From an uncultured virus (IMG/VR IMGVR_UViG_3300042691_052636) (Duplodnaviria; Heunggongvirae; Uroviricota; Caudoviricetes), in IMG/VR virus record IMGVR_UViG_3300042691_052636: a stretch of DNA of 20,000 nt. One strand, given 5' to 3'. Of the stretch, positions 1-8,903 are shown piece by piece. The notes under the pieces are model-generated. The model did not search any database. It saw only the letters and a program-made list of their open reading frames with translations, and was not told the origin of the DNA. Position numbers and translations under genes: made by a program. Numbering within the stretch: the stretch's first letter is position 1; every line of letters starts with the position of its first letter.

Positions 1-1058
1 ACCTTGAAGATTACGACAAAGAGTGGCTCCAGCAAAATGTTGAATCTTGGATAGAATGGAAAACTCTGGAAAAGAGTGCAGTTGACTCAATTAATTATAT
101 TAGGAGCACTGAAGTAAGCCCTGATAATATTAAAGATGTAATTAACACTTACAAATCAATAGTAGTCGACAGAAACAAAGTCGACTTTTCATTTGATATG
201 GGTCTTAACTTTAAAGATCCAGAATCACATAAACAGCCAAGTAACTTAACTTTCTCAAGTGGTTATGACTATATAGATTTTTGTTTAGGCGGTGGATTTT
301 CTGCAAAAGGCCTTTATGTCTTGTTAGGACAACCAAAAGTTGGTAAAACTTTATGGCTTGGAAACATAGCAACACAAGCAATTAGAGCATCTAATAATGT
401 TGCAATTATCACTCTAGAGCTTAATGACAGGAAGTACATGAAAAGATTAGGAGCTAACCTCCTAGGTATTAAAATGTCAGAATACAAGGAAAGTGCAGAG
501 AACGATTCCTTGATCAAAAAGAAGATAACAAATCTTGGTTTTGAAAATCTGAAAAGCCCAGGTGAACTTGTAGTTAAGGAGTTTCCAACATCACAAGCTT
601 CAGCAATTGATGTTGAAAATTGGTTGAACAAAGTTGAACAAATACAAGGTATTAAGTTCAAGATCGTAATTATTGACTACATCAATATTATGAAAAACTG
701 GAGAAATCCAAACTCCGAAAATACTTACATGAAGATCAAGCAGATTGCTGAAGATTTAAGGGCAGCTGCACAAAGAAACCATTGGGCTATTGTTACGGCA
801 ACACAAACCAAGCAAAGCGAATTCGATGCTACAGATTTAAGCATGAACTCAGCTTCTGAATCTTCTGGTCTTGTTGCTACTGTGGATGGTATGTTTGGTA
901 TAATTCAAGATCCTTTAATGTACAGTAACGGAGAATATAAATTGAAGCTATTAGCCAATAGGGACGAGGGATATAAAAACTCTTATAAGAAATTTTTGGT
1001 AGACTATTCTTTTATGAGAATTTCCGAAGACCCAAATTCCCAAATAATGAATGATTGA
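1..1058 (+). CDS. DnaB-family replicative helicase, T4 gp41-like (5' truncated by window)
   Basis: Frame is open from position 3 (LEDYDKEWLQ...) into the listed ORF at 198. Walker A GQPKVGKT, Walker B IIDYINIM, TATQT motif and SESSGLVATVD are typical of gp41-like SF4 helicases. Stop TGA 1056-1058. Confidence 0.9.
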   Translation, partial: LEDYDKEWLQQNVESWIEWKTLEKSAVDSINYIRSTEVSPDNIKDVINTYKSIVVDRNKVDFSFDMGLNFKDPESHKQPSNLTFSSGYDYIDFCLGGGFSAKGLYVLLGQPKVGKTLWLGNIATQAIRASNNVAIITLELNDRKYMKRLGANLLGIKMSEYKESAENDSLIKKKITNLGFENLKSPGELVVKEFPTSQASAIDVENWLNKVEQIQGIKFKIVIIDYINIMKNWRNPNSENTYMKIKQIAEDLRAAAQRNHWAIVTATQTKQSEFDATDLSMNSASESSGLVATVDGMFGIIQDPLMYSNGEYKLKLLANRDEGYKNSYKKFLVDYSFMRISEDPNSQIMND

Positions 1059-1537
1059 TGACAAAACAAAAAAAACTAATTCAAGATGAAGAAAATGAGT
1101 TCGAGGACATAAATGGAACAGGTAAAGAGACTGAAGAAACATCAGATTCATCTTTAGGAGAATTTGATCCAGATCCGAGTACAGATTACCGAAGCTTACA
1201 GTCTGTTGTTACATATGATGATGAAGAATATTTGCACAACAACAAATTAAACGGTAAAATCGACGAGATATTTCAAAAATCAAGATGGACAGTAATCAAC
1301 CCAAGTAAAAAGATACCAAAGGATCTCATTCCGCTTATATTTCAAGATATACTACAAGATTTAGAAGGGACTGAATTTTCAATGGTAGAAAAATTTGTAG
1401 CCATTTGTGATTACACTGCTATCAATTATCAGAAAGCATATGAATCTATCCATATGAAGTACAAGGAGCAAATTGTACAAGAAATGGATGCGAAGTATGG
1501 TATATTAGGTAAAAAGGGAATCAAAAAGATATTTTAA
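1058..1537 (+). CDS. Putative late-promoter transcription coactivator, T4 gp33-like
   Basis: ATG at 1058 overlaps the helicase stop (TGATG). Acidic N-terminus. C-terminal FSMVEKFVAICDYTAINYQKAYESIHMKYKEQIVQEM...IL resembles by eye the helical core of gp33 (GMSYLEATTAFLEENSIP...IPSGIIEKIQSEA...LL). Confidence 0.5.
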   Translation: MTKQKKLIQDEENEFEDINGTGKETEETSDSSLGEFDPDPSTDYRSLQSVVTYDDEEYLHNNKLNGKIDEIFQKSRWTVINPSKKIPKDLIPLIFQDILQDLEGTEFSMVEKFVAICDYTAINYQKAYESIHMKYKEQIVQEMDAKYGILGKKGIKKIF

Positions 1538-2646
1538 TGCTGAATTTTCCAAATATTAAAAGAGTTATATTCATTACTGACACTCATTTAGGAGTTAGGA
1601 ATAATTCTAATGACTGGATTCAGATTCATGAAGACTATTTCAAGAATTGGTTTATTCCTTTATGTAAGAAGATTTATAGACCCGGCGATTGTTTAGTACA
1701 TCTTGGTGATGTATATGATTCCAGACAATCTCTTAATTTGAAAGTTCTAAATCTTGGAATAGAAATATTCGAACAGCTATCTGACATTTTCAAGGATGGA
1801 ATATTCATCATTTGTGGTAATCATGATATATTTGGACGCAGTACTAATGAAGTTAATTCGTTGAAATCTCTCAAATGGATACCAAGAGTAAAAATTTTCG
1901 AGGAGCCAGAAACAATTCAGTTCGGACCAAAGAAGATTTTTCTAATGCCTTGGAGAAAGGACCATGAAGCAGAAAGAGAAGTTCTGTCATCTGTTGATGA
2001 GCATGATTACATGTTTTGCCACACAGATCTAAAAGGCCTGATGTTTAACAAATTTGTTAGAATTGAGGAGGGATTGAATTATGATGACATGAATAAATTT
2101 GAAAGAGTTTATTCAGGTCACATCCACTATTCTCAGAATTTTGGAAAAATGCGAATGCTTGGATCTCCGTATCAATTGACCAGATCCGATACGGACAACC
2201 CTAAAGGAATTACAGTTTTAGATTTAGAAACTGGTTCGGAAGAATACTACGATAACGATTATTCACCAAGATTCGTAAGGCTCACTTTTGAGAAAGTCTT
2301 AAACTCTACACCTGCAGAGTTAAGTCCTATTTTCAGAAACAATTTCATCGATATTTTAGTAGATCCAGAGATTGCAGTTAAAGCCCCTCTTGGACTATTA
2401 ACTGATTATATCGATTCGCCTTTGAAAATATCATTCACTCCCATAACATCTCCAGACCAAAATATTGTCGATGAAGGATTTCATGATTTGGAAGGAAAGA
2501 ATTTTTCCATTTTGGAATTAACAAAGCTATATCTGGAAAAATGTAATTACGAGGACGAAAAAAGTAGTAAAATATACAACGCTATAGAAAAATTGCTACA
2601 GAAAGTTGCAGTAAAAAATGAAATAGATGAAGATCAAGAAGATTGA
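1537..2646 (+). CDS. Mre11/SbcD-like recombination nuclease, T4 gp47-like
   Basis: Metallophosphoesterase motifs DTHLG, GDVYD, GNHD, FCH, SGHIH, GSPYQ. TAATG coupling to the upstream gene; lies next to a Rad50-like gene. Confidence 0.93.
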   Translation: MLNFPNIKRVIFITDTHLGVRNNSNDWIQIHEDYFKNWFIPLCKKIYRPGDCLVHLGDVYDSRQSLNLKVLNLGIEIFEQLSDIFKDGIFIICGNHDIFGRSTNEVNSLKSLKWIPRVKIFEEPETIQFGPKKIFLMPWRKDHEAEREVLSSVDEHDYMFCHTDLKGLMFNKFVRIEEGLNYDDMNKFERVYSGHIHYSQNFGKMRMLGSPYQLTRSDTDNPKGITVLDLETGSEEYYDNDYSPRFVRLTFEKVLNSTPAELSPIFRNNFIDILVDPEIAVKAPLGLLTDYIDSPLKISFTPITSPDQNIVDEGFHDLEGKNFSILELTKLYLEKCNYEDEKSSKIYNAIEKLLQKVAVKNEIDEDQED

Positions 2647-4294
2647 GTGGAAAAACGTTGCTTCTTACGGGAATAAAATTCAAAAACTTGAATTTCCAGA
2701 AAAAACTGGTCTGATACAAGTTTTTGGAGAAAATGGTGTGGGAAAATCGACAATTTCTGATGTCATAACTTTTGGTCTGTATGGAAAACTCGAAGGAAAA
2801 AAACTAAAAGACATTCCTAATAGATCCAACGGCAATGCCTGGATGAAAATATCATTCGAGGAGGATGGTAAATTCTACGAGGTTGAAAGAGGTCTTGATC
2901 CATCACTATTTCAATTATCGATTCAAGGTGAAGTTTATGACAGGGCAGGTCAGAAAAATGTACAGGACTTTCTTTCTGATGACATATTGAAAATACCATA
3001 TTACGTTTTCAATAATACAATATCCCTGTCTATTAACGACTTCAAAAGCTTTTTAAAGATGAGCAGCGCAGATAAAAAGCTCATAATAGATAAGATTTTT
3101 GGTTTCTATATTTTAAATGAAATGCGTGACATTTTGAAAGAAGAAACAAAGAATATAAAGTCATCTATTGATAGACTTTCTGGTGAAATCCAAGCAACAG
3201 GAAAATCCATCTTCAACTCTCAAAAAGAACTTGAAGATCTTCAGAAAAGATTAGTAGAAAATGCAGGAGGTGAAATTGACAAAACTCAGGAACAGCTTGA
3301 TGATTACACAGATCTGCTTAAAATTCACACAGAAAAGCTTAAGTCTTTCAAAACACAAGAAAATGACATAAGTAGAACTGTTTCCAAAGCATACGAGACT
3401 TTGACTGATTCTATGAGTAAAATCAAAGAATTAGATTCAAAAATGAACTTGTACAACAACGACAAGTGTCCAACCTGCTTATCAGATCTTTCAAGTGATT
3501 TTCATAAATCTCATTTTGACCTTCTTTCATCACAAAGACAGGATTTGTCTGATGGTTTGCAAGCTTTGAAGCAAAATTACAATGATGCTAAGAAATTGCA
3601 ATCAGATTTACAAGATACCAAAAATGATCTTTTTAAGAAGGGAGGGAAAATAGAATTAGCTATCAAATCTTTGAAAGAAAAATTAAGGGATCTTAAAACT
3701 GCAAAAAATAATGATCAGGTAAATTCTATTAAGAAGTTGTTGAACACTGCACAAGAAGAGCTTGGCACTTTCAATAAGGAAAAGTCTACTTGGGAAGAGA
3801 GACAAAATTGGATTAAAACCCTTGATGAAATCTTAAGTGAAAAAGGTGTAAAGCAACTGGCAATTAAGTCTATTTTACCATCACTTAACAATGAAATTCT
3901 TTCCACTCTTCTCTCTTTACATTTACCATACAAGGTGGTTTTCAATGAGGAGTTCAATGCTCAAATATTCCACTTAGGTGAGGAGATATCTTGTCAAACT
4001 CTTTCTACAGGAGAAATGAAAAAAGTTGATTTTGCGGTCTTAGTTGCTATAATCAAGTTAATGAAAATAAGATTTTCTTCTGTTAACATTCTATTTCTTG
4101 ATGAGATTTTCAGTTCTGTCGATCCTGATGGGGTACATACGATTCTAACTACTTTGAGAAAACTTTGCGACGATTTACACATGAACATCTTCGTAATTAA
4201 TCACGCACCAATGCCTACAGAAATTTTCGATTACAAGATAGAGATTTCAAAAAAGAACAATTTCTCAGATCTTGTTTTTGAAAAGATAGGCTAA
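2627..4294 (+). CDS. Rad50/SbcC-like recombination ATPase, T4 gp46-like
   Basis: Walker A GENGVGKST, long coiled coil with central zinc hook CPTC, signature LSTGE, Walker B/D-loop FLDEIFSSVD, H-loop INH. Confidence 0.93.
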   Translation: MKIKKIEWKNVASYGNKIQKLEFPEKTGLIQVFGENGVGKSTISDVITFGLYGKLEGKKLKDIPNRSNGNAWMKISFEEDGKFYEVERGLDPSLFQLSIQGEVYDRAGQKNVQDFLSDDILKIPYYVFNNTISLSINDFKSFLKMSSADKKLIIDKIFGFYILNEMRDILKEETKNIKSSIDRLSGEIQATGKSIFNSQKELEDLQKRLVENAGGEIDKTQEQLDDYTDLLKIHTEKLKSFKTQENDISRTVSKAYETLTDSMSKIKELDSKMNLYNNDKCPTCLSDLSSDFHKSHFDLLSSQRQDLSDGLQALKQNYNDAKKLQSDLQDTKNDLFKKGGKIELAIKSLKEKLRDLKTAKNNDQVNSIKKLLNTAQEELGTFNKEKSTWEERQNWIKTLDEILSEKGVKQLAIKSILPSLNNEILSTLLSLHLPYKVVFNEEFNAQIFHLGEEISCQTLSTGEMKKVDFAVLVAIIKLMKIRFSSVNILFLDEIFSSVDPDGVHTILTTLRKLCDDLHMNIFVINHAPMPTEIFDYKIEISKKNNFSDLVFEKIG

Positions 4295-4304
4295 AGTCTA
4301 CATC

Positions 4305-4312
4305 GATATATA
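4305..4312 (+). promoter_or_regulatory. Putative late promoter GATATATA within an inverted repeat (CATCGAT...ATCGATG, 4301-4320)
   Basis: The same motif recurs in intergenic gaps upstream of structural genes. This copy marks the switch from replication to morphogenesis genes. Confidence 0.6.
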
Positions 4313-4317
4313 GATCG

Positions 4318-4731
4318 ATGGCCAATATCATTTATCCTGCGGGTACTAACACAATTAGAAATTTAGAACCAAGGTTTTATTACTTTCTTGTGGTAAAACC
4401 CGATTCTTTAGTTGATGATATTCCACAAAAAGAATATTTCGTTTATAGGTTTAAGGTTTCAATTGCTGCAAAAAAAGGAATAAATTCATTGAGAAAGTAT
4501 TTTTCCCCAGTTCAACTTATCCAATGTAATCAAATGACTGATGTAGAATATGCAACAGGTGTATTTGATCATCCCGATTATATCAATCAAAATAAGCAGC
4601 CATTACAAATTAATTTAAGAGAAATTCCGATTTACTTCCAATCAAAAATCGGGGTTATTGATTTAGAAAAGGATCCTTACCAATATGGCAGTGTTCCAAT
4701 AATAACTAATAATACCTCAGTAATTAACTAA
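4318..4731 (+). CDS. Hypothetical protein (137 aa), probably virion-associated
   Basis: Clean ORF filling the gap between the gp46-like and gp15-like genes, preceded by GATATATA. No motif recognised. Confidence 0.7.
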   Translation: MANIIYPAGTNTIRNLEPRFYYFLVVKPDSLVDDIPQKEYFVYRFKVSIAAKKGINSLRKYFSPVQLIQCNQMTDVEYATGVFDHPDYINQNKQPLQINLREIPIYFQSKIGVIDLEKDPYQYGSVPIITNNTSVIN

Positions 4732-4732
4732 T

Positions 4733-5551
4733 ATGGATTTTTTAGAAAAATACAACACAGACGATGTTTTCTTTAGAGGTGTTATTTTAGGGCTTCTAAG
4801 TAAGATGAATGAGGTTATAACCTATACTCAAACTGGATCAGATCAAGTTAAAAGAACTATCTTCATTCCATTTTTCTATTCTATGGTAGGCGACGAACCA
4901 TTTCTACAAGATTTTTATCTTTCTTATGAAGACTGCGATGGAAATCCTGCTTTTGCTGAGGGAAATTATGATGTCGTTCCAAGAGGAATATTAGAGCTTG
5001 GTACAATCAGATTAGATACATCTGCATCGACTACAAAATTTGTCCGTGGCTCGTACGTAAAAGAAGTACCAAAAGAATCAGGAAGTGAAATGGTGACTTA
5101 TTCATCCTACATGAATCCTATTCCTTTAGCAATACAAGTTAATGCTAAAATCAAAGCAGATACAACTTTAGATGCTTTTAAAATACAGCAAAGTGTTCTT
5201 GAAATATTGTACAAGAGATTCGTTTACTACTTCAATTACAAGGGGTTTAGAATACCAGTTCAAGTTTCATTACAGGATTCTCCTCCAGATAAGCAACCTA
5301 ATAATTTCCAAATGGGATACGGATCACAAAGAGGTGAAGCTATAACACTTTCTTTCTCGATGGATCTAGAAACATATCTTCCACAGTTAGACCTTACTAC
5401 TGAGAGATTCAGAGGTAATTTGATGCAAGGTGGAATCAAACTAAATGTTGAATTAGGAAAGGCACCTGAAGATAATAGCACAATTATAGAAGGGCTTGGA
5501 GTTTACGACATTAGAAGGGATATTACAGGATCTACCGGTGCTAATCCTTAA
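4733..5551 (+). CDS. Tail sheath stabiliser / tail terminator, T4 gp15-like
   Basis: Pattern FFRGVILGLL..., IFIPFFYS, VVPRGILEL, YMNPIPLAIQV, LDAFKIQQSVL, IPVQVSL, ITLSFSMDLETYL parallels gp15-family motifs (VPLxY, LPRMSFE, YMPVPY, DDALQIVEQIL). Confidence 0.7.
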   Translation: MDFLEKYNTDDVFFRGVILGLLSKMNEVITYTQTGSDQVKRTIFIPFFYSMVGDEPFLQDFYLSYEDCDGNPAFAEGNYDVVPRGILELGTIRLDTSASTTKFVRGSYVKEVPKESGSEMVTYSSYMNPIPLAIQVNAKIKADTTLDAFKIQQSVLEILYKRFVYYFNYKGFRIPVQVSLQDSPPDKQPNNFQMGYGSQRGEAITLSFSMDLETYLPQLDLTTERFRGNLMQGGIKLNVELGKAPEDNSTIIEGLGVYDIRRDITGSTGANP

Positions 5552-5871
5552 GAATTTAACTGCTGATCCTCTTTCACTTCAGCTTCTTCCGCAGTGCTGA
5601 CCGTTTTATTATCAGATTCTATAACTTGTGTGTCTTTTGATTTCCTGTACCCAAGTAAAGCAGTTCCTATACTCACAAAAATTATTGATTGTACTAAAAT
5701 GTCGACATTTTGATTAATGAACATTTTATCGATACATCCTAAGAAAAAACAAAATCCTCCTATAAATACAATGTAAAGACCAGCGGTGCCACTTCCTGAG
5801 GTTTTTCCGTCCGAATTTGAAGTTAATTGTGAGAAACTAAATTTCTCCATTGCAGCTCTTAATTTTCTCAT
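5548..5871 (-). CDS. Small two-TM membrane protein (holin-like or other membrane protein)
   Basis: Two hydrophobic stretches (AGLYIVFIGGFCFFLGCI; ILVQSIIFVSIGTALLGY) followed by RK and a charged tail. Preceded on the minus strand by AATATATA. Stop overlaps the gp15-like stop in TTAA. Confidence 0.65.
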   Translation of the reverse strand: MRKLRAAMEKFSFSQLTSNSDGKTSGSGTAGLYIVFIGGFCFFLGCIDKMFINQNVDILVQSIIFVSIGTALLGYRKSKDTQVIESDNKTVSTAEEAEVKEDQQLNS

Positions 5872-5883
5872 AACTCTTTTACC

Positions 5884-5893
5884 GATATATATT
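5884..5893. promoter_or_regulatory. Putative bidirectional late promoter (GATATATA on +, AATATATA on -)
   Basis: GATATATATT sits in the 40-nt gap between divergent starts at 5871 (-) and 5912 (+). Confidence 0.6.
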
Positions 5894-5911
5894 ACAAATG
5901 AAAAGACAAAA

Positions 5912-8104
5912 ATGCCAGAGGTAGTAATAGAATTTACCGCTATTGGAAATTATAGAATAATTTCTTGGTCAGATCCCTTTAAAAATGTACAATCTTTTAA
6001 TGGGTGGATCATTGATACAAGCGGAGAAAATCCCCCAAGCATTTTTCTGTTTTTAGAATTTAGATGGAGTATAAATGGATCAAATTGGTCTCTTTGGAGT
6101 GAACTAACCGAGGCTGCTGTTCAAGCATTGCCAATATCTCCTGCTGTTCCCTTTTATCTAGAAGTTAGAATGACAGCTTCTTCAGATGAAAATGCGAGTC
6201 CTTATTATCCTCCAGGAACAACTTTAAGTCCTGCAATAATATTAAATGATTTTGAATTGGACTTAACTTATGCTACTGTAGATCCTAGAGATTTAATGGT
6301 AACGCCTACTCCGCTTTGTGGAAAAGAGCTAACTAATTATCCAATTGTTTTTTCAGATTGTGATTTCACTTTTAGACCATATGATATAAATCGAGCGATC
6401 AATCTATATCAAGATTTAAGTAAGGTTGTAAATAATGTTTTCGGTCACGAAGTGGTTTATTATTCTGTTCAACCACAGGGAAGAGGCAAAGATGTTGTTC
6501 TCAAAGAGTATACGCTATATGATGTTGTTGATGAGAAGTGTGTTAAGGTTATGGTTCCTAATAACCAATTTCCTGATGCTGCTATCAATTTTGAAACGTG
6601 GGGATTAAACTTCCAACAACCTTTTGAAATCCATATAGATAGAAAATATTTCGAAGGAATATTCGGAAAAGGATCTCAGCCAAGGAAAAGAGATATAATT
6701 TATTTCCCACGAACAAATAGAATTTATAGGATAGATTCTATGTACGTTTTTAGAGATATAAATAACTATCCGGTATATTTCAAAGTTCAACTGGTTAAGT
6801 ACGAAATCCAAAAAAACACAACATTCTTGGATCCCACAGCAGAATCTGGCTTACATGATTACACTGTAAACACACAAGAACTTTTTGGAACTGATATCCA
6901 AGATCAAGAAACTGAAATTACTAAACCACAACAATATGCAGTAACTTCACAAAGGAGATTAGACGATCCAATAAGATCTTATATTAATAAGAACCTCCCA
7001 ATTATAGAATACGATTTAAATAACAACTGGACAATAGTTTTCAATACTTATTATGATCTAAATTCTATTTTTATCGATGATCCTAACACAATAGATCCAG
7101 TTTCTCCTGCATCTGGTTGGACTGACGAAGAAAGAGATGCTGTTAGATGGAAGGCAGATCCAATTTTAACTGCTAATGAGGAGAGGAGTTTTCTTTGCTG
7201 GTTTAGATCAAGAAACTACATTGATAAGAGTAAATTAGTTTTCAGACCATCTCCTAAATACCCTATTAATATTGATAATATTGGATCTGGCGAGATAACA
7301 TATACAACTTATCCTATACCTCACGGATTTCATGTTAGACCCAATCCTAATGGATTCGTTTCTATCCTGGCTGATGGTATAAGATCAGGAGGTTTTGAGA
7401 TTTTGGAAATTATAGATCAATTCAGATTCAAAGTGAAGGATTCAGGAGCTTCAGCACCTGTGTCAACCTCGGGATGGAAAGCACAAAGAGCTCAATCTAG
7501 AATATTGTTCGATGGTTACTATAATGGTCAAGGGTTATACATAGATTTCATTTGGAGTGGATCAAATGCTGAATCGAGTCCACAATCCGGCAACTATTTG
7601 CAAACTGGTAGTTTTAGAGTGAAAATAAATAATTTAGAAATTCTTTCACCTTTTGGAGCAGGAATTCAAAGCACAATAGGTCAATTCATTCCAACTGAAG
7701 ATGATTGGTATGGATTCGTTTTTAATTTTTCTAATGTATTCAGACAATATTCATTAAAGGTTTGGAGACTCACTTACAACCCAGATAATCCTTTAGCACA
7801 AACATCTGATTTGAGCCTAATTCATTCTTTGGATGGCGTTACAACTCAAGCATATACGTTTAACATACCACCAGTTATAGAGACAGATTTTGATAGCCCT
7901 TTTTACGGAACAAATAACTACGCATATAAGACTAGATCTTGTCCTTTATGGGTAACCAATTTTAGGTTCTTTAAATATATGGTAGAGGAAGAAAAACAAT
8001 CTGCTATCCTGAACCAAAATATCATAGATGATGCACAATTAGCCATCATAATTGATAATGCTAAACCAATTCTGAAACTTCCACGTGTCGCTAGAAATAG
8101 ATAA
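5912..8104 (+). CDS. Neck / head-closure protein, T4 gp14-like core with large N- and C-terminal extensions (730 aa)
   Basis: Core LYQDLSKVVNNVFGHEVVYY...WGLNFQQPFEIHIDRKYF...QPRKRDIIYFPRTNRIYRI...FKVQLVKYE matches the gp14 pattern (QDL..EQI..YG.DVYY, FGL, RP.EGDLIYFP). Start reassigned to ATG 5912, downstream of the motif and not overlapping the divergent gene. Confidence 0.7.
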   Translation: MPEVVIEFTAIGNYRIISWSDPFKNVQSFNGWIIDTSGENPPSIFLFLEFRWSINGSNWSLWSELTEAAVQALPISPAVPFYLEVRMTASSDENASPYYPPGTTLSPAIILNDFELDLTYATVDPRDLMVTPTPLCGKELTNYPIVFSDCDFTFRPYDINRAINLYQDLSKVVNNVFGHEVVYYSVQPQGRGKDVVLKEYTLYDVVDEKCVKVMVPNNQFPDAAINFETWGLNFQQPFEIHIDRKYFEGIFGKGSQPRKRDIIYFPRTNRIYRIDSMYVFRDINNYPVYFKVQLVKYEIQKNTTFLDPTAESGLHDYTVNTQELFGTDIQDQETEITKPQQYAVTSQRRLDDPIRSYINKNLPIIEYDLNNNWTIVFNTYYDLNSIFIDDPNTIDPVSPASGWTDEERDAVRWKADPILTANEERSFLCWFRSRNYIDKSKLVFRPSPKYPINIDNIGSGEITYTTYPIPHGFHVRPNPNGFVSILADGIRSGGFEILEIIDQFRFKVKDSGASAPVSTSGWKAQRAQSRILFDGYYNGQGLYIDFIWSGSNAESSPQSGNYLQTGSFRVKINNLEILSPFGAGIQSTIGQFIPTEDDWYGFVFNFSNVFRQYSLKVWRLTYNPDNPLAQTSDLSLIHSLDGVTTQAYTFNIPPVIETDFDSPFYGTNNYAYKTRSCPLWVTNFRFFKYMVEEEKQSAILNQNIIDDAQLAIIIDNAKPILKLPRVARNR

Positions 8105-8127
8105 TTAGATATAATACTCAAAAGTAA

Positions 8128-8895
8128 ATGCCAAGAAGAAAACCAAAAAAGCCTAATTTATCTAAAGAGCAAGAGCTTAACCTTAAAGAACAGCTTGATG
8201 GAATCATTTTGGCTGATGAAATGTTGTCTGGATTAACCGCTCCAGATATTCCTCCAATGAGACCTCAACGAACTATCGATGTTGATAACATCAAAAATGA
8301 TGTTGAATCGGAGGCTAGGGCTATTCTGGATTCCCTTTCTAAGTTCTATCATGATATGGAAAGTCTTCCAGAAGACAACTATTTAAAGCACAAACAGAAG
8401 ATTGACGCTTTAAGTATTTCCACTATGGCATTTCAGATCAGAACTGCTCAACACGCTATTTCTAAACTCATAGAAGAGATTGATTCAGGAAGAATAGAGC
8501 CAAGACTTTTTGAAGTTTTAGCCCAATTGCAAAATCAAATAATGCAGATGCCTAAAAATTTTGCTACTTACATGTCCCAGATGGAGAAGAACTACAAAGA
8601 ATTAAGAAAGGAATCTGAGGACATCAAAAAACAATCAGAAATCCAATTTGATAAGGACGGTAATTTAATAGACTCTCCAGAAAATATGGATGCTTTGAAA
8701 GTGAGAGGAACTAAATCCTTGATGGAAAACTTACAAACCTTGATGAAAGGTGGAAGCAAAATAAAGGATGCGGAAATAATAGAGCCAGAAGACGAATTAA
8801 TAAATCCAAGAACAAAAGATGGTGGCACTGCAGATTTCATAGGAGGTTCTGATAACGATGAGGACTTTGAAATCGAGGACGAAATCTTTGATTAA
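8128..8895 (+). CDS. Terminase small subunit, T4 gp16-like
   Basis: Directly upstream of TerL. Helical; EPRLFEVLAQL resembles the gp16 PRAYEV..QL motif and GTKSLMENL resembles GST.EL. Acidic C-tail. GATATAAT variant at 8108-8115. Confidence 0.65.
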   Translation: MPRRKPKKPNLSKEQELNLKEQLDGIILADEMLSGLTAPDIPPMRPQRTIDVDNIKNDVESEARAILDSLSKFYHDMESLPEDNYLKHKQKIDALSISTMAFQIRTAQHAISKLIEEIDSGRIEPRLFEVLAQLQNQIMQMPKNFATYMSQMEKNYKELRKESEDIKKQSEIQFDKDGNLIDSPENMDALKVRGTKSLMENLQTLMKGGSKIKDAEIIEPEDELINPRTKDGGTADFIGGSDNDEDFEIEDEIFD

Positions 8896-8903
8896 TTTTT
8901 TTT

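Noticed and set aside
5786..5911. GTG-start N-terminal extension of the 772-aa ORF
   Set aside because: It overlaps the divergent membrane gene and lies upstream of the promoter motif; ATG 5912 is the better start.
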